DNA of 64,000 nucleotides from Sphingomonadaceae bacterium (GCA_965283845.1 CBDIQD010000014.1:13416-77415); one strand, 5' to 3'. Positions 9,522 to 20,075 are shown, counted from the first letter of the stretch. Translations and numbers: made by a program. Notes: generated by a model from the letters alone, not told the origin.

Positions 9522-11345
9522 ATGTGCGGAATTATCGGAATCATTGGCCGGACCCAGGTCGCGGACCGCTTGGTCGATGGCCTCAAACGCATGGAATATC
9601 GCGGTTATGACAGCGCGGGCGTGTGCACCATCGAGGGCGGCGAGCTGGTCCGCCGCCGCGCCGAGGGCAAGCTCGCCAATCTGGTCAAGGAACTCGTGGG
9701 CAACCCCGCCCCCGGCCTGGTCGGCATCGCGCACACCCGCTGGGCGACCCACGGCGCCCCGACGACGAGCAACGCGCACCCGCATGCGACCGGCGAGGTG
9801 GCGCTGGTCCACAACGGGATCATCGAGAATTTCAAACCCTTGCGCGAAGCGCTGACCGCGCGCGGCCGCAAGTTCGAGAGCGAGACCGATACCGAAGTCG
9901 TCGCGCATCTTGTTTCCGAACAGGTCGAGGCGGGGCTGTCGCCGCAGGATGCGGTGAAAGCGGTGCTGCCGCGGCTGCGCGGTGCCTTTGCGCTTGCTAT
10001 CGCTTTTCGTCAGCATCCCGACCTGCTGATCGGCGCGCGGCTCGGCTCGCCGCTGGTCGTCGGCTATGGCGAGGGTGAGACCTATCTGGGCAGCGATGCG
10101 CTGGCGCTGGCGCCGCTGACGCAGAAGATCGCTTATCTGGATGAGGGCGACTGGGTCGTCATCACCCGCGAGGGCGCGCAGATTTTCGATGCCGACAACA
10201 ATCCGGTTACCCGCGAGATCACGACCAGTGGCGTCACCGCGGCGACGATAGAGAAGGGCAATTACCGCCATTTCATGCAGAAGGAGATTTTCGAGCAGCC
10301 GACCGTGGTCGCGCAGACGCTCTCCTCCTACATCCGTCCGCTCGAACAGACCGTCGCGCTGCCGCAGATGGATTTCGACCTGTCGGCCGTCGAACGCATC
10401 ACCATCGTCGCGTGCGGCACGAGCTTCTACGCCGGGATGGTCGCCAAATATTGGTTCGAGACCTTTGCGCGCGTCCCGGTCGATATTGATGTCGCAAGCG
10501 AGTTCCGTTACCGCGACCCGGTGCTGCAACCCGGCGGGCTGGCGCTGTTCATCTCGCAGTCGGGCGAGACCGCCGACACGCTCGCGGCGCTGCGCCATTG
10601 CAAGGCGAACGGCCAGACGATCGCGGTCGTCGTCAACGTGCCGACCAGCAGCATGGCGCGCGAGGCCGACTTGTTGCTCCCGACCCACGCCGGCCCCGAA
10701 ATCGGCGTCGCGTCGACCAAGGCGTTCACCTGCCAGCTCGCCGTGCTCGCCTCGCTGGCGATCGCATCCGCGCTAAAAAGGGGCAAGCTGAGCGCCGACG
10801 AAGAGCATGAGATCGTCAAGCATCTGATCGAGGCGCCCGCCGCGCTCAATGCCGCGCTGGCGCATGACGACGACATTGCCGCGATGGCGCACCTGATCGC
10901 CCCGGCGCGCGACGTGCTCTACCTCGGCCGCGGCCCCGACTATCCGCTGGCGATGGAAGGCGCGCTGAAACTCAAGGAAATCAGCTACATCCACGCCGAA
11001 GGCTATGCGTCGGGCGAGATGAAGCACGGCCCGATCGCGCTGATCGACGAGGCGGTCCCTGTGATCGTCCTCGCGCCCAGCGGTCCGCTGTTCGAAAAGA
11101 CCGTCAGCAACATGCAGGAAGTGATGGCGCGCGGCGGCAAGGTCGTGCTGATTTCGGACGCCGAGGGCCTCGCCGAAGCCGGCGACGGCTGCATGGCGAC
11201 GATCGAAATGCCCAAAGTCCACCCGCTGATCGCGCCGCTGGTCTATGCGGTGCCGGTGCAGTTGCTGGCCTATCATGTGGCGGTATTGAAGGGGACCGAC
11301 GTCGACCAGCCGCGCAATCTGGCAAAGTCGGTGACGGTGGAGTGA
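9522..11345 (+). CDS. glmS: Glutamine--fructose-6-phosphate transaminase
   Basis: MCGIIG N-terminus, HTRWATHG, SQSGETADT, C-terminal PRNLAKSVTVE. Confidence 0.98.
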   Translation: MCGIIGIIGRTQVADRLVDGLKRMEYRGYDSAGVCTIEGGELVRRRAEGKLANLVKELVGNPAPGLVGIAHTRWATHGAPTTSNAHPHATGEVALVHNGIIENFKPLREALTARGRKFESETDTEVVAHLVSEQVEAGLSPQDAVKAVLPRLRGAFALAIAFRQHPDLLIGARLGSPLVVGYGEGETYLGSDALALAPLTQKIAYLDEGDWVVITREGAQIFDADNNPVTREITTSGVTAATIEKGNYRHFMQKEIFEQPTVVAQTLSSYIRPLEQTVALPQMDFDLSAVERITIVACGTSFYAGMVAKYWFETFARVPVDIDVASEFRYRDPVLQPGGLALFISQSGETADTLAALRHCKANGQTIAVVVNVPTSSMAREADLLLPTHAGPEIGVASTKAFTCQLAVLASLAIASALKRGKLSADEEHEIVKHLIEAPAALNAALAHDDDIAAMAHLIAPARDVLYLGRGPDYPLAMEGALKLKEISYIHAEGYASGEMKHGPIALIDEAVPVIVLAPSGPLFEKTVSNMQEVMARGGKVVLISDAEGLAEAGDGCMATIEMPKVHPLIAPLVYAVPVQLLAYHVAVLKGTDVDQPRNLAKSVTVE

Positions 11346-11944
11346 TGGTACCTAGAATTTACCGTTATGTACTGGTCAGCGACGATGGTGTCGCGCCGTG
11401 CACTGACAACGGTCTGCTGACTTTAGCAACCTGCAAGCCGATCATTCGGCGTAAAGCTCGCCCCGGCGACTGGGTGGTAGGCTATAATCCATCGTCCAAA
11501 GGCGCCGATTTGGTCGTCTGGGCCGGTCGCATCAAGGAAAAGATGGACCATATTGCGTATGAAGAAAAATACCGTGGCCGCAAGGACGCTGCCTACCGCG
11601 TCGGTGGGAACGGCAAGGCTGAGCGCGTCTACGACTACCACATGGATGACCGTGATATGGTGAAAGATTTATCAGCAGGGGTGCTGATATTCGATAAGGG
11701 CGCCACATGGTATTTCGGTCTTGAACCTCGACAGGCGCCAGCTGAACTAGCTAGCCTGGTTCCATATAAGCAGCGTGGTCATCTGGTGCATAAAAACCGG
11801 AAACATGGAGATCTGGCGCTTTTGCAAAACTGGCTTAGCGAAATCTCATCTCCAGGAATTCATGCACTTCCGCGTGACTTCGGCGATGACGGATGCAGAT
11901 CGAACTGCGGAACCGAAAAGCGAACTAAACGAAATACATGTTGA
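11345..11944 (+). CDS. Nmad2-like (nucleotide modification associated domain 2) protein
   Basis: IYRYVLVSDDGVAPC...LTLATCKPIIRRKARPGDWVVG; TGATG overlap with glmS; lower GC than flanks. Confidence 0.7.
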   Translation: MVPRIYRYVLVSDDGVAPCTDNGLLTLATCKPIIRRKARPGDWVVGYNPSSKGADLVVWAGRIKEKMDHIAYEEKYRGRKDAAYRVGGNGKAERVYDYHMDDRDMVKDLSAGVLIFDKGATWYFGLEPRQAPAELASLVPYKQRGHLVHKNRKHGDLALLQNWLSEISSPGIHALPRDFGDDGCRSNCGTEKRTKRNTC

Positions 11945-11953
11945 CCGCGAGGC

Positions 11954-12298
11954 TCACGCCGCCTCACCCAGCATGAAGTCCACATGCACCGCATCGTAAG
12001 GAAACACGACGCCGCCCTTCGCCTGCTCGACCACGCCCGCATTGATCAGCGCGTGGACATCGCCATGCACCGCCTTCACGTCTCGACCGACGCGGCGGGC
12101 GACTTCGCGGATCGACAGGGCACCTTGGCCGGCCATGACGCCGAGGATTTCGGCGCGTTTCGGGCTTAGCGTTTTCCACATCTGTTCGACAGTCAGGAAA
12201 GAGATGCGGTTGCCCTGCGGCTCGCCGCGAAAGGCGGCGGCAAGCCGATCCTTCGCGTCGTCGAGCGATGAAATGCCGACCGTGACGATATTCTTCAT
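11954..12298 (-). CDS. HTH protein (HVO_A0114-like), putative antitoxin
   Basis: LSPKRAEIL...SIREVARRVGRDVKAVHGDVHAL...FPYDAVHVDF; overlaps the upstream gene. Confidence 0.75.
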   Translation of the reverse strand: MKNIVTVGISSLDDAKDRLAAAFRGEPQGNRISFLTVEQMWKTLSPKRAEILGVMAGQGALSIREVARRVGRDVKAVHGDVHALINAGVVEQAKGGVVFPYDAVHVDFMLGEAA

Positions 12299-12579
12299 GC
12301 CTTCCTCCATCGTTCGACATCGTCCCAAAAATCGCGCTGCAATTGCGCAAGACCGCCAAACACATAATCCACCTCGGTTTCGCCCAGATGCTTGTGGTCG
12401 CCCTTGCCAGCCTCATTGTCATAGCGCATCAGGCAGATATTCTGGCTGACAAGCGCGAGCCTGTATTTGAAATCATGCGTGCTGCCGGTAAGCGGCTGTG
12501 GTAGTTTCCAGACGACAAGTTCGACGAAGCTGTCGTCATCGAGCGTTATGCGTTCCCGCAAAATGGAAACCGCTTTCAT
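12295..12579 (-). CDS. DUF6516 (TumE-like) putative toxin
   Basis: VVWKLP...HDFKYRLAL...RYDNEAGKGDHKH signature; ATG at 12579. Confidence 0.75.
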   Translation of the reverse strand: MKAVSILRERITLDDDSFVELVVWKLPQPLTGSTHDFKYRLALVSQNICLMRYDNEAGKGDHKHLGETEVDYVFGGLAQLQRDFWDDVERWRKA

Positions 12580-12626
12580 GTTGGAGCATATGACATCAAT
12601 TCGCGCTGTTGTCAATTGCTCCAACA
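12579..12626 (-). promoter_or_regulatory. Promoter with inverted-repeat operator for the DUF6516/HTH pair
   Basis: Minus strand TTGACA-17nt-CATATG-7nt-ATG; 20-bp arms TGTTGGAGCA(T/A)(A/T)TGACA(T/A)CA match at 17/20. Confidence 0.7.
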
Positions 12627-12650
12627 ATGGTGCTCGCCGACCTCGGCCTA

Positions 12651-12839
12651 TCAGCCCACCGCATTCGCCTGTGCCAGAATCGACTCCGCGATGTCCTCGA
12701 CCTTGCCGGCGACCAGCAGCGGGGCGCCGCCGACCATGCCGACCTGGGTCTGGCCATTTTCATAGTCGCGGAGCCAGGCGACATTTTCGGCGACGACCAG
12801 ATAATTGCCGCCGCGCGACTTGAGTTCGATGAATTTCAT
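12651..12839 (-). CDS. Small hypothetical protein (62 aa)
   Basis: AGGAGA RBS; coding-like codon usage; MKFIELKSRGGNYLV... Confidence 0.7.
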   Translation of the reverse strand: MKFIELKSRGGNYLVVAENVAWLRDYENGQTQVGMVGGAPLLVAGKVEDIAESILAQANAVG

Positions 12840-12898
12840 GCCGATGTCTCCTGTTGGTCGACGCTCTAGGCGTGAAGTATGAAGATTGTAGGATCCGC

Positions 12899-13555
12899 AT
12901 GAGTTTCGCCGCGATCATTTTCGATTTCGACGGCGTCATCGCTGACAGCGAGGTGCGCGCGAACCAGTCGCTTGCCGAAAGCCTGACCGCGGTCGGCATG
13001 CCGTCGACCTACGACGAATGTCTGCGCGACTATTATGGGCATAACTGGCAGGAAACCCAGCGGCGCATCGAGGCGCGCTTCGGCCGTCCGCTGCCCGCCG
13101 ATTTCCGCGAAACCCATCGCACCTTGGCACGCGGCCGCTTTATGGAGGGCTTCGACGCGGTGCCCGGTGCCGGTGCGTTTCTCGATGGGCTGGGCGCGAT
13201 GCCGCGCGCGATCGCTTCGTCGAGCCGCGCCGAATATATCGGCTGGGCGCTCGGGCTGTTCGGCCTCGACCATCATTTCGGCGGTCATGTGTACAGCGCC
13301 GACGGGTGGGATCGCGGCAAGCCGTTCCCCGATATTTATCTAGCTGCCGCCAAGGGGTTGGGGGTCGATCCGGCGACGTGCCTGGCGATCGAGGATTCGC
13401 CGACCGGGGCACAATCGGCGCTGGCGGCGGGGATGACGGTCGTCGGTTTTTGCGGCGCGGGCCATATCGTCGACCGCGCGGCGCATGGCGAGATGCTGCG
13501 CGCGGTTGGGGTGCATCGGCTTGCTTTTAGCTTTGCGGAGCTTAGCATCGCCTGA
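12899..13555 (+). CDS. HAD-family phosphatase (beta-PGM/CbbY-like)
   Basis: IIFDFDGVIADSE, IASSS, GKPFPDIY, IEDSPTG. Confidence 0.9.
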   Translation: MSFAAIIFDFDGVIADSEVRANQSLAESLTAVGMPSTYDECLRDYYGHNWQETQRRIEARFGRPLPADFRETHRTLARGRFMEGFDAVPGAGAFLDGLGAMPRAIASSSRAEYIGWALGLFGLDHHFGGHVYSADGWDRGKPFPDIYLAAAKGLGVDPATCLAIEDSPTGAQSALAAGMTVVGFCGAGHIVDRAAHGEMLRAVGVHRLAFSFAELSIA

Positions 13556-13605
13556 TCCTGCCGCGGCTGACCTGATGTGCGCCGCAATAACCTATGGAGC
13601 GCAGC

Positions 13606-14475
13606 ATGTGCAATGAATTCACCGAAGCCGATCTCGACCGCGCGGGCATGGGTGTCGGGCGGCGCAGCTTTGCGGCGCTCGCCGGGGTCGGCATGCTCGC
13701 TGCGGCGCTGCCGGCGCGGGCGATGGCGGGCAAGCCGGTGAAGGGCCGCGACGTCGCGATCAAGACCGCCGACGGCACCGCCGACGCCTATTTCGTCGCG
13801 CCGGCGACGGGCAAGCATCCTGGCGTGCTGATCTGGCCCGACATTCGCGGCCTGCGCCCCGCTTTTCGCCAGATGGCCGACCGGCTGGCCGGCGACGGCT
13901 ATGCCGTGCTGTGCGTCAATCCGTTCTACCGCGTCGCCAAATCGCCCGTCGTGACGCCAACCGATGACTTCGCCGACCCGGCGGTGCGCACGCGACTGGT
14001 CGGTTATATGCAGGCGTTGACCAAGGCGACGGTCGAGACCGATGCGGCGGCGCACATCGCCTTCCTCGATGCGCAGAAAGAGGTCGATACCAGGAAGACG
14101 CTGGGGGTCGCCGGATATTGCATGGGCGGTCCGATGACCATTTATACCGCGGCGCTCAGCCCAACCCGGATCGGCGCGGCGGCAAGCTTTCACGGCGGCG
14201 GGGTGGGCACCGACAAGCCCGACAGCCCGCACCTGCTGATCCCGAAAACCAATGCCGGCTATTTGTTCGCGATCGCCGACAACGACGATCAGAAAGATCC
14301 CGAGGAAAAGAACCGGCTGAACGCCGTGCTGACCCCGCGCAAACAATGGCACGAGGTCGAGGTGTACAAGGGCGCGATGCACGGATGGTGCCCGCCCGAC
14401 GGGCGCGCTTATGACGAGGCGGCGGCTGAGAAGGCGTGGGGACGAATGCTGGAGCTGTTCAAGGCGAGCGTTTAG
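13606..14475 (+). CDS. Dienelactone hydrolase family protein with Tat-like leader
   Basis: GRRSFAAL leader, PDIRGLRP, GYCMGG, FHGG, HGWC. Confidence 0.9.
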   Translation: MCNEFTEADLDRAGMGVGRRSFAALAGVGMLAAALPARAMAGKPVKGRDVAIKTADGTADAYFVAPATGKHPGVLIWPDIRGLRPAFRQMADRLAGDGYAVLCVNPFYRVAKSPVVTPTDDFADPAVRTRLVGYMQALTKATVETDAAAHIAFLDAQKEVDTRKTLGVAGYCMGGPMTIYTAALSPTRIGAAASFHGGGVGTDKPDSPHLLIPKTNAGYLFAIADNDDQKDPEEKNRLNAVLTPRKQWHEVEVYKGAMHGWCPPDGRAYDEAAAEKAWGRMLELFKASV

Positions 14476-14565
14476 CGCGTCACGCTTTTTCATTGCTGCG
14501 AAAACGGAAACCCGGGGCGCCATCGTTGCAGCCGGCTTCCGCTTTCACGGCGATGCGCAGGTGTG

Positions 14566-15636
14566 TCATGGCGCCATCAGCTTGGCCAGATCGTCTTTCC
14601 AGAACTTGGCCCAGCTGTGGGTGCTATGGCCCTTGGTTTCGGGGCTTGCCGCGATCAGGATGAATTTTGCGGATGGCAGCCGTGCCGCGGCCTTTTCGGT
14701 GATGCCATAGGCGGGCGGATTGATGAAATCGTCGGCCGAGTTGATCCACAGCATCGGGACATCGATCTTTTCGAGGTTTGGCCAGGGATTATAAGTTCGC
14801 GAGCTATCGAGCTGATAAATCACGTCATTGGCGTCGTTGCGGCCATAGGTGCGCGCAAAGGCTTCGTCCTTGTATTTCTCGGCCGCTTCGCGCGTCGGAA
14901 ATTGCGCCTGGAGCGCATAGGGGTTGGCGCCGGCGATCATCGAAAGCGCCGCGGCGGTGCGCAGGCCGGACGCCGGTGGATCGGTGTAATTGCCGTCTTT
15001 CCACAGCGGGTCGGCCTTGATCGCGTCGATCGACAGGGTGCGCCACATGCGGTTCTGCCCCGCGATTTCGACCGGCAGGCAGGCAAAGGGGGCAAGCTTC
15101 TCGGCAAAGCCGGGGCGCGTTTGGCCCCAGACGAAGGCATGCATGCAGCCCATTGAGGTGCCGAGGATCAGCTTGAGCTTCTTCACCCCCAGTGTCTCGG
15201 TCAGCATCCGGTATTGTGCGGCGACCATGTCGTCATAGTCATATTTGGGGAAGCTCATCCGCATCCCGTCGCTGGGCTTCGACGATCCGCCGTGGCCGAT
15301 ATTGTCGGGCAGGATGATGTAATATTTCGCGGTGTCGAGCGGCTGGCCGGGGCCAAAAAGCTCGGCGGCGAATTGCGGTTGGAAGAATTGTTTGCCGGTG
15401 CCGCCGGTGCCGTGGAGAATCATCACCGCGTTGGTGACATTGCCCCGTTTGTCGCGCTGCGGCGTGCCGAGCGTGGTGTAGTGCATCTTCAGCTCGGGCA
15501 GTTTTTCGCCGGTCGTGAAGGTGAAATCCTTGAGGATCGCATCACCCTCGACCGCGCCTGCAGGGGCCGATGTCTGCGCGTGGGCGGGACTGACGCTGGC
15601 AAGCAGCAGGGCGAGCGGGGCAAGAATTTTGTGCAT
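14566..15636 (-). CDS. Secreted alpha/beta hydrolase (homoserine acetyltransferase-like fold)
   Basis: Signal peptide; LHGTGG, GTSMG, NSADDFINP, GHSTH. Confidence 0.85.
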   Translation of the reverse strand: MHKILAPLALLLASVSPAHAQTSAPAGAVEGDAILKDFTFTTGEKLPELKMHYTTLGTPQRDKRGNVTNAVMILHGTGGTGKQFFQPQFAAELFGPGQPLDTAKYYIILPDNIGHGGSSKPSDGMRMSFPKYDYDDMVAAQYRMLTETLGVKKLKLILGTSMGCMHAFVWGQTRPGFAEKLAPFACLPVEIAGQNRMWRTLSIDAIKADPLWKDGNYTDPPASGLRTAAALSMIAGANPYALQAQFPTREAAEKYKDEAFARTYGRNDANDVIYQLDSSRTYNPWPNLEKIDVPMLWINSADDFINPPAYGITEKAAARLPSAKFILIAASPETKGHSTHSWAKFWKDDLAKLMAP

Positions 15637-15671
15637 CGGGTGACGCTAACGCAGCTCCGGTTCAGGTCAAG

Positions 15672-17190
15672 CTATTGCCCATATCCCGGCGTTCCTGCCA
15701 ACCGCACAGCTTCGCGCGCCGCGGCGAAGAGTGCGCCGGCCTTGGCCTCGCATTCGCGCTGTTCATAGGCGGGGTCGCTGTCGGCGACGATGCCGGCGCC
15801 CGCCTGGACGTGCATTTCACCGTCCTTGACGATCGCGGTGCGCAGCACGATGCAGCTGTCCATATTGCCGTCGGGGGCGAAATAGCCGACGCCGCCGGCA
15901 TAGGCGCCGCGCGCGTCGCTCTCGAGCTCGGCGATGATTTGGCAGGCGCGGACCTTTGGGGCGCCGCTGACCGTCCCCGCCGGGAAACCGGCGAACAGCG
16001 CGTCGATGGCGTCCTTGTCGGGGGCGATGCGGCCGACGACGTTCGAAACGATATGCATGACATGGCTGTAGAATTCGACGGTGTAGCTGTCGGTGACGGT
16101 GACGGTGCCCCCCACCGCGGCGCGGCCGACGTCGTTGCGGCCGAGGTCGAGCAGCATCAGATGTTCGGCACGTTCCTTGGGATCGGCGAGCAGCGATTCG
16201 CGGTTTTCGACATCCTCGGCGCTGGTGCGGCCGCGCGGGCGGGTGCCGGCGATGGGGCGGATGGTGACGCGGCCGTCGCGCACCCGGACCAATATCTCGG
16301 GCGACGAACCGATCAGCGCAAAGCCGGGCAGGTCGAGGAAATAGAGAAAGGGCGACGGGTTGATCCGGCGGAGCGCGCGGTACAGGTCGAACGGCGGCAG
16401 GTCGAACGGGGTCGAGAAACGCTGCGACAGCACGACCTGAAAGATGTCGCCGGCGGCGATATAGTCCTTAGCCGTTGCAACCATTTTGGCGAAATCTGCG
16501 GGCGACGTCGCGGCGATCGGGCCGATGTCGCCGGGCAGCGCGGTGGTGACCGCGCGGTCGGCGTGGGCGCTGACGCTGGAGAGCCGCGCCGCAATGTCCT
16601 CGAGCCGGTCCTGCGCCGCTTCGATCATGCGGTCGATCGGCGCCGCATCGTCGGGCCAGATTGGGGCGATCAGGAACAGTTCGTCCGCCAGCCGGTCGAA
16701 CACCAGGATCGTCGTCGGGCGCACGAACACCATATCGGGCAGCCCGAGTCCGGCGCCACCCGCACGCGGGATGCGCTCGACCAGACCGATCGTTTCATAG
16801 GCGAAGAAACCGACGAGCGTCGCCAGCGCCTTGGGCAAGCCAGCCGGGACGTCGAAGCGGCATTCGGCGACCAGATCGCGCAGCGCCTGGAGCGCGGGGG
16901 CGGCGAGCGGTGTGAAGGCGGTGCGGTCGCGGCGCCAGTCGCGGTTGATCCGCGCCGCGTCGCCGGTAACCTCGAACATCAGGTCGGGGTCGAGCCCGAT
17001 CAAGCTGTAACGCCCGCGCGTCTCGCCGCTTTCGACCGATTCGAGCACCCAGTCGCCGCGGCCCGGCTCGATCAGCTTGAGCGCCGCCGATACCGGGGTT
17101 TCGATGTCGGCGATCAGCCGTTGCCAGACGACCGCGCCGCGGCCTCCGGCCAACGCTTCGAGCGCCGCGGCTTTTGCCCTCCAGGCTCAC
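15672..17190 (-). CDS. trpE: Anthranilate synthase component I (frameshift near the 5' end)
   Basis: LESVE..GRYS, GDIFQVVLSQR, NPSPF, SSPE, PIAGT, EHLMLLDLGRND, QAGAGIVADS. Confidence 0.95.
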
Positions 17191-17192
17191 GC

Positions 17193-19139
17193 CTATTCGG
17201 CGACCGGCGCCGTGCCGTAGGTCTCTTTACGCAGCTGTTCGACCAGCGTCTTGTTGATCGTGACCCCGACGCGGCGCTTGGCTTCGGCCGCCAGCTGTTC
17301 GATCAATTCATTGCCGAAAGCGGGGCCCAGCGGTCCGGCGATCGCGGCGACGCGGGCCGGCTCGATCGACTTTGGATCGGGGCGCTGAACGTCGCCCAGC
17401 GAGATCACCATCCAGCCGCGATTGCCCGGGATTTCCAGCGTTTTCACGCTGCCCTTGGCCATCGAAAACAGGAGGGCAAGCTCGGGCGGCACCGGCTGGC
17501 CGTTCTGGCCCAGTTCGGCGCGGCGGCCACCGATCGTCTGGACGGTGCCGATATTGGGGCCCGCCGCCGCGACGGCATCGCTCAGGCTCTTGCCGCCCTC
17601 GACCGCCTTGGCGATCGTGCGCGCCCGGTCGCGGGCGATCTTTTGCCCCTGCGCAAAGCGCCAATCGTTGAGCAGTTCGCCGCGGATCTGCGCAAAGGGC
17701 GGCGGCGCCGCGGCGACGATCGATTTCACCGCATAAACGGCGAATTTCTCGTTCTCGACCAGCGTGGCGAGCTGGGTTTCGCCTTCCGATCCGCCCTGAA
17801 AGGCTTGGGCGACCAGCGGCGCGAGTTCGGGCGACAGGGCGAAGGCGGGCTGGCCGGGAACGCGGCCGCTGGGCAGCAGCGCCGGTGTCGTCTGCAGTTG
17901 CAGTTTGCGGTCTGCGGCGATTTCCTCGATCGCCGCGCCGCTGTTCACCGCATCCTGGATCGCATTGTAATAATCGACGATCGTCTCGTTCGCCTTGTTG
18001 TTGGCGAGTTCGGCGCGGATCTCTTCGCTCGCTTCGGCCTGGCTCTTTGCTGCGCGCGTGGTGACATCCTCGACCCGCGCGACGCTCCAACCCAATCCGG
18101 TCTGGATCGGACCGATCAGATCGCCGCGCTTGGCGGTGAACGCCGCTTTGGCGGCGGCCGCGGTGCTGGTTGCGGCATAGGCCGATTGGGTGAGGTCACC
18201 GGTGGTCGATGCCGACAGGCCAGCGGCCTGCGCCGCGGCAGCCAGCGTCGCCCCGCCGCGAACCTTGGCGGCCAGTGCGTTCGCCGCGGCCTGATCGGGG
18301 AGGATGACCTGCGCAAAGCGGCGCGTTTCGCTGGCGGCAAAGCGCGCCGCATTGTCCTTGTAGACTTTGGCGATTTCGGCGTCGGTGACCGCCGGAACCG
18401 GCGCGGTGGCCCGGTCGAACGCTGCATATTGGATCACGCGGCGCTCGGGCACCGTGAATTTGGCGGCGTTTTGCGTCATATAAGCCTTTAGCGCCGCGTC
18501 GCCCGGATCGGCAGTCGGCGCAAAAGGGCTGGACGGAATGAAGGTCGCTTGTCCGCGCCGCTGTTCCATCAACAGCGCGGCATAGGGCTGTGCCATGCCC
18601 GGGGCGACGCGCGGCATCGAGGCGATCGGCGCGGCAATCTGTTCGAGCAAGAGCTGCTGGCGCAGCTCGCTGCGAAGCTGGGTTTCGGTCATGCCGTTCT
18701 GGCGCAGGAAATTTTCGAACACCTTTTGGTCAAAGGTGCCCGTAACCCCGGCAAACACCGGGAGGTCGGCGATCCGACCGTCGATGAGGCGCTTGCTGAC
18801 GCCAAAGCCCAATTTGCCGGCGAATTGTTCGAAGGCGAGTCCCTCGACGAGCTGGTTGAGCACCTGATCCAGACCGCCCGATTCGACGAAAACGGCTTTT
18901 GTCAGCCCCGGTTGGCTGCGCTGCGCCTGTCTGAACGCCTGATCGACCCGGTCGCGCAGTTGGCCGACGCCGATTTCTTCGTTGCCGACTTTGGCGACAT
19001 TGGCGTCGCCGATCCCGCCGAAGGTCGAATTTCCGGTGACGTCGCTGAGCGCGAAGAGGACGCCGATCAGCCCGATAAAGGCCAGCGCAACGAACTTGCC
19101 GATCGTCGAGGAAAACATGCGGCGGATGGCGGTGATCAT
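17193..19139 (-). CDS. PpiD/SurA-like periplasmic chaperone
   Basis: N-terminal TM, VAKVGNEEI, rotamase-like middle region; usual position between tpiA and trpE. Confidence 0.85.
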   Translation of the reverse strand: MITAIRRMFSSTIGKFVALAFIGLIGVLFALSDVTGNSTFGGIGDANVAKVGNEEIGVGQLRDRVDQAFRQAQRSQPGLTKAVFVESGGLDQVLNQLVEGLAFEQFAGKLGFGVSKRLIDGRIADLPVFAGVTGTFDQKVFENFLRQNGMTETQLRSELRQQLLLEQIAAPIASMPRVAPGMAQPYAALLMEQRRGQATFIPSSPFAPTADPGDAALKAYMTQNAAKFTVPERRVIQYAAFDRATAPVPAVTDAEIAKVYKDNAARFAASETRRFAQVILPDQAAANALAAKVRGGATLAAAAQAAGLSASTTGDLTQSAYAATSTAAAAKAAFTAKRGDLIGPIQTGLGWSVARVEDVTTRAAKSQAEASEEIRAELANNKANETIVDYYNAIQDAVNSGAAIEEIAADRKLQLQTTPALLPSGRVPGQPAFALSPELAPLVAQAFQGGSEGETQLATLVENEKFAVYAVKSIVAAAPPPFAQIRGELLNDWRFAQGQKIARDRARTIAKAVEGGKSLSDAVAAAGPNIGTVQTIGGRRAELGQNGQPVPPELALLFSMAKGSVKTLEIPGNRGWMVISLGDVQRPDPKSIEPARVAAIAGPLGPAFGNELIEQLAAEAKRRVGVTINKTLVEQLRKETYGTAPVAE

Positions 19140-19316
19140 GAAGCAGACAGTCTTTCGGCGGAGCGCAGGGACGCGCGGTTGCGCGATGCTTTAGGCGGGC
19201 GACGGCATCGCATCAAGGCGGGAAAGGGGCTTTTCATGTCCACGCGACGCGGCTTGCCTATCGCCCCTGCGCGCCGCTAGGGCACAGATCAGGTTCTGGT
19301 AGCGGGAGAGGCGGCA

Positions 19317-20062
19317 ATGGCGCGGCGTAAATATGTGGTCGGCAACTGGAAAATGAACGGCTTGTCGACGGCGATCGCCGATGCCCAGACAATTTTTGCC
19401 GAAGCCGCAAGCTATCCGGGCGTCGATGTCGCGCTGTGTCCGCCGTTCACGCTGATCGGCGCGATGGTCGCCGCAGCGCCGGGGGCTGCGGTCGGCGGGC
19501 AGGATTGCCATGGCGCGGCGGCAGGCGCCTTCACCGGATCGGTCAGCGCGCCGATGCTCGTCGATAGCGGGGCAAGCCTGGTGATCGTCGGGCATAGCGA
19601 GCGGCGCGAAGGATGCGGCGAAGGCGACGCCGATGTGAACGCAAAAGCACAGGCCGGCCTCGCCGCCGGGTTGTCGGTCATTTTGTGCGTCGGCGAACCG
19701 CGCGAAATCCGCGAATCGGGCGGCGCGATCGATTATGTGTTGGCGCAGATCGCCGGATCGGTGCCCGACGGTTTCGACCCGCAGCGTTTGGCGATCGCCT
19801 ATGAACCGATCTGGGCGATCGGCACCGGGCTGGTGCCGACGATTGCCGATGTCGCCGCGATGCACGGCGCGATCCGGGGGCGCTGGCGGCGCGGTTCGGC
19901 GCGGCGGCCGATGATATGCAGATCCTGTATGGCGGGTCGGTCAACGGTGACAATGCCGCCGAATTGCTGGGCGCCGGCGATGTCGATGGCGCGCTGGTCG
20001 GCGGCGCGAGCCTGACGGCGGCGAAGTTCGTGCCGATCGTGGCGGCGGCGGCTGGGCTTTAA
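19317..20062 (+). CDS. tpiA: Triosephosphate isomerase (frameshift near 19880)
   Basis: [23 protein letters not shown], then ILYGGSV...[10 protein letters not shown] in the shifted frame. Confidence 0.95.
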
Positions 20063-20075
20063 TTGACCACTATGT

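Noticed and set aside
11300..12650. Tn7 element at attTn7
   Set aside because: No tns genes, no recognisable Tn7 ends and no target-site duplication seen
15675..18491. 938-aa plus-strand ORF and other long antisense ORFs (e.g. 54805..56748, 29926..32148)
   Set aside because: Shadows of real genes, expected from high-GC codon bias
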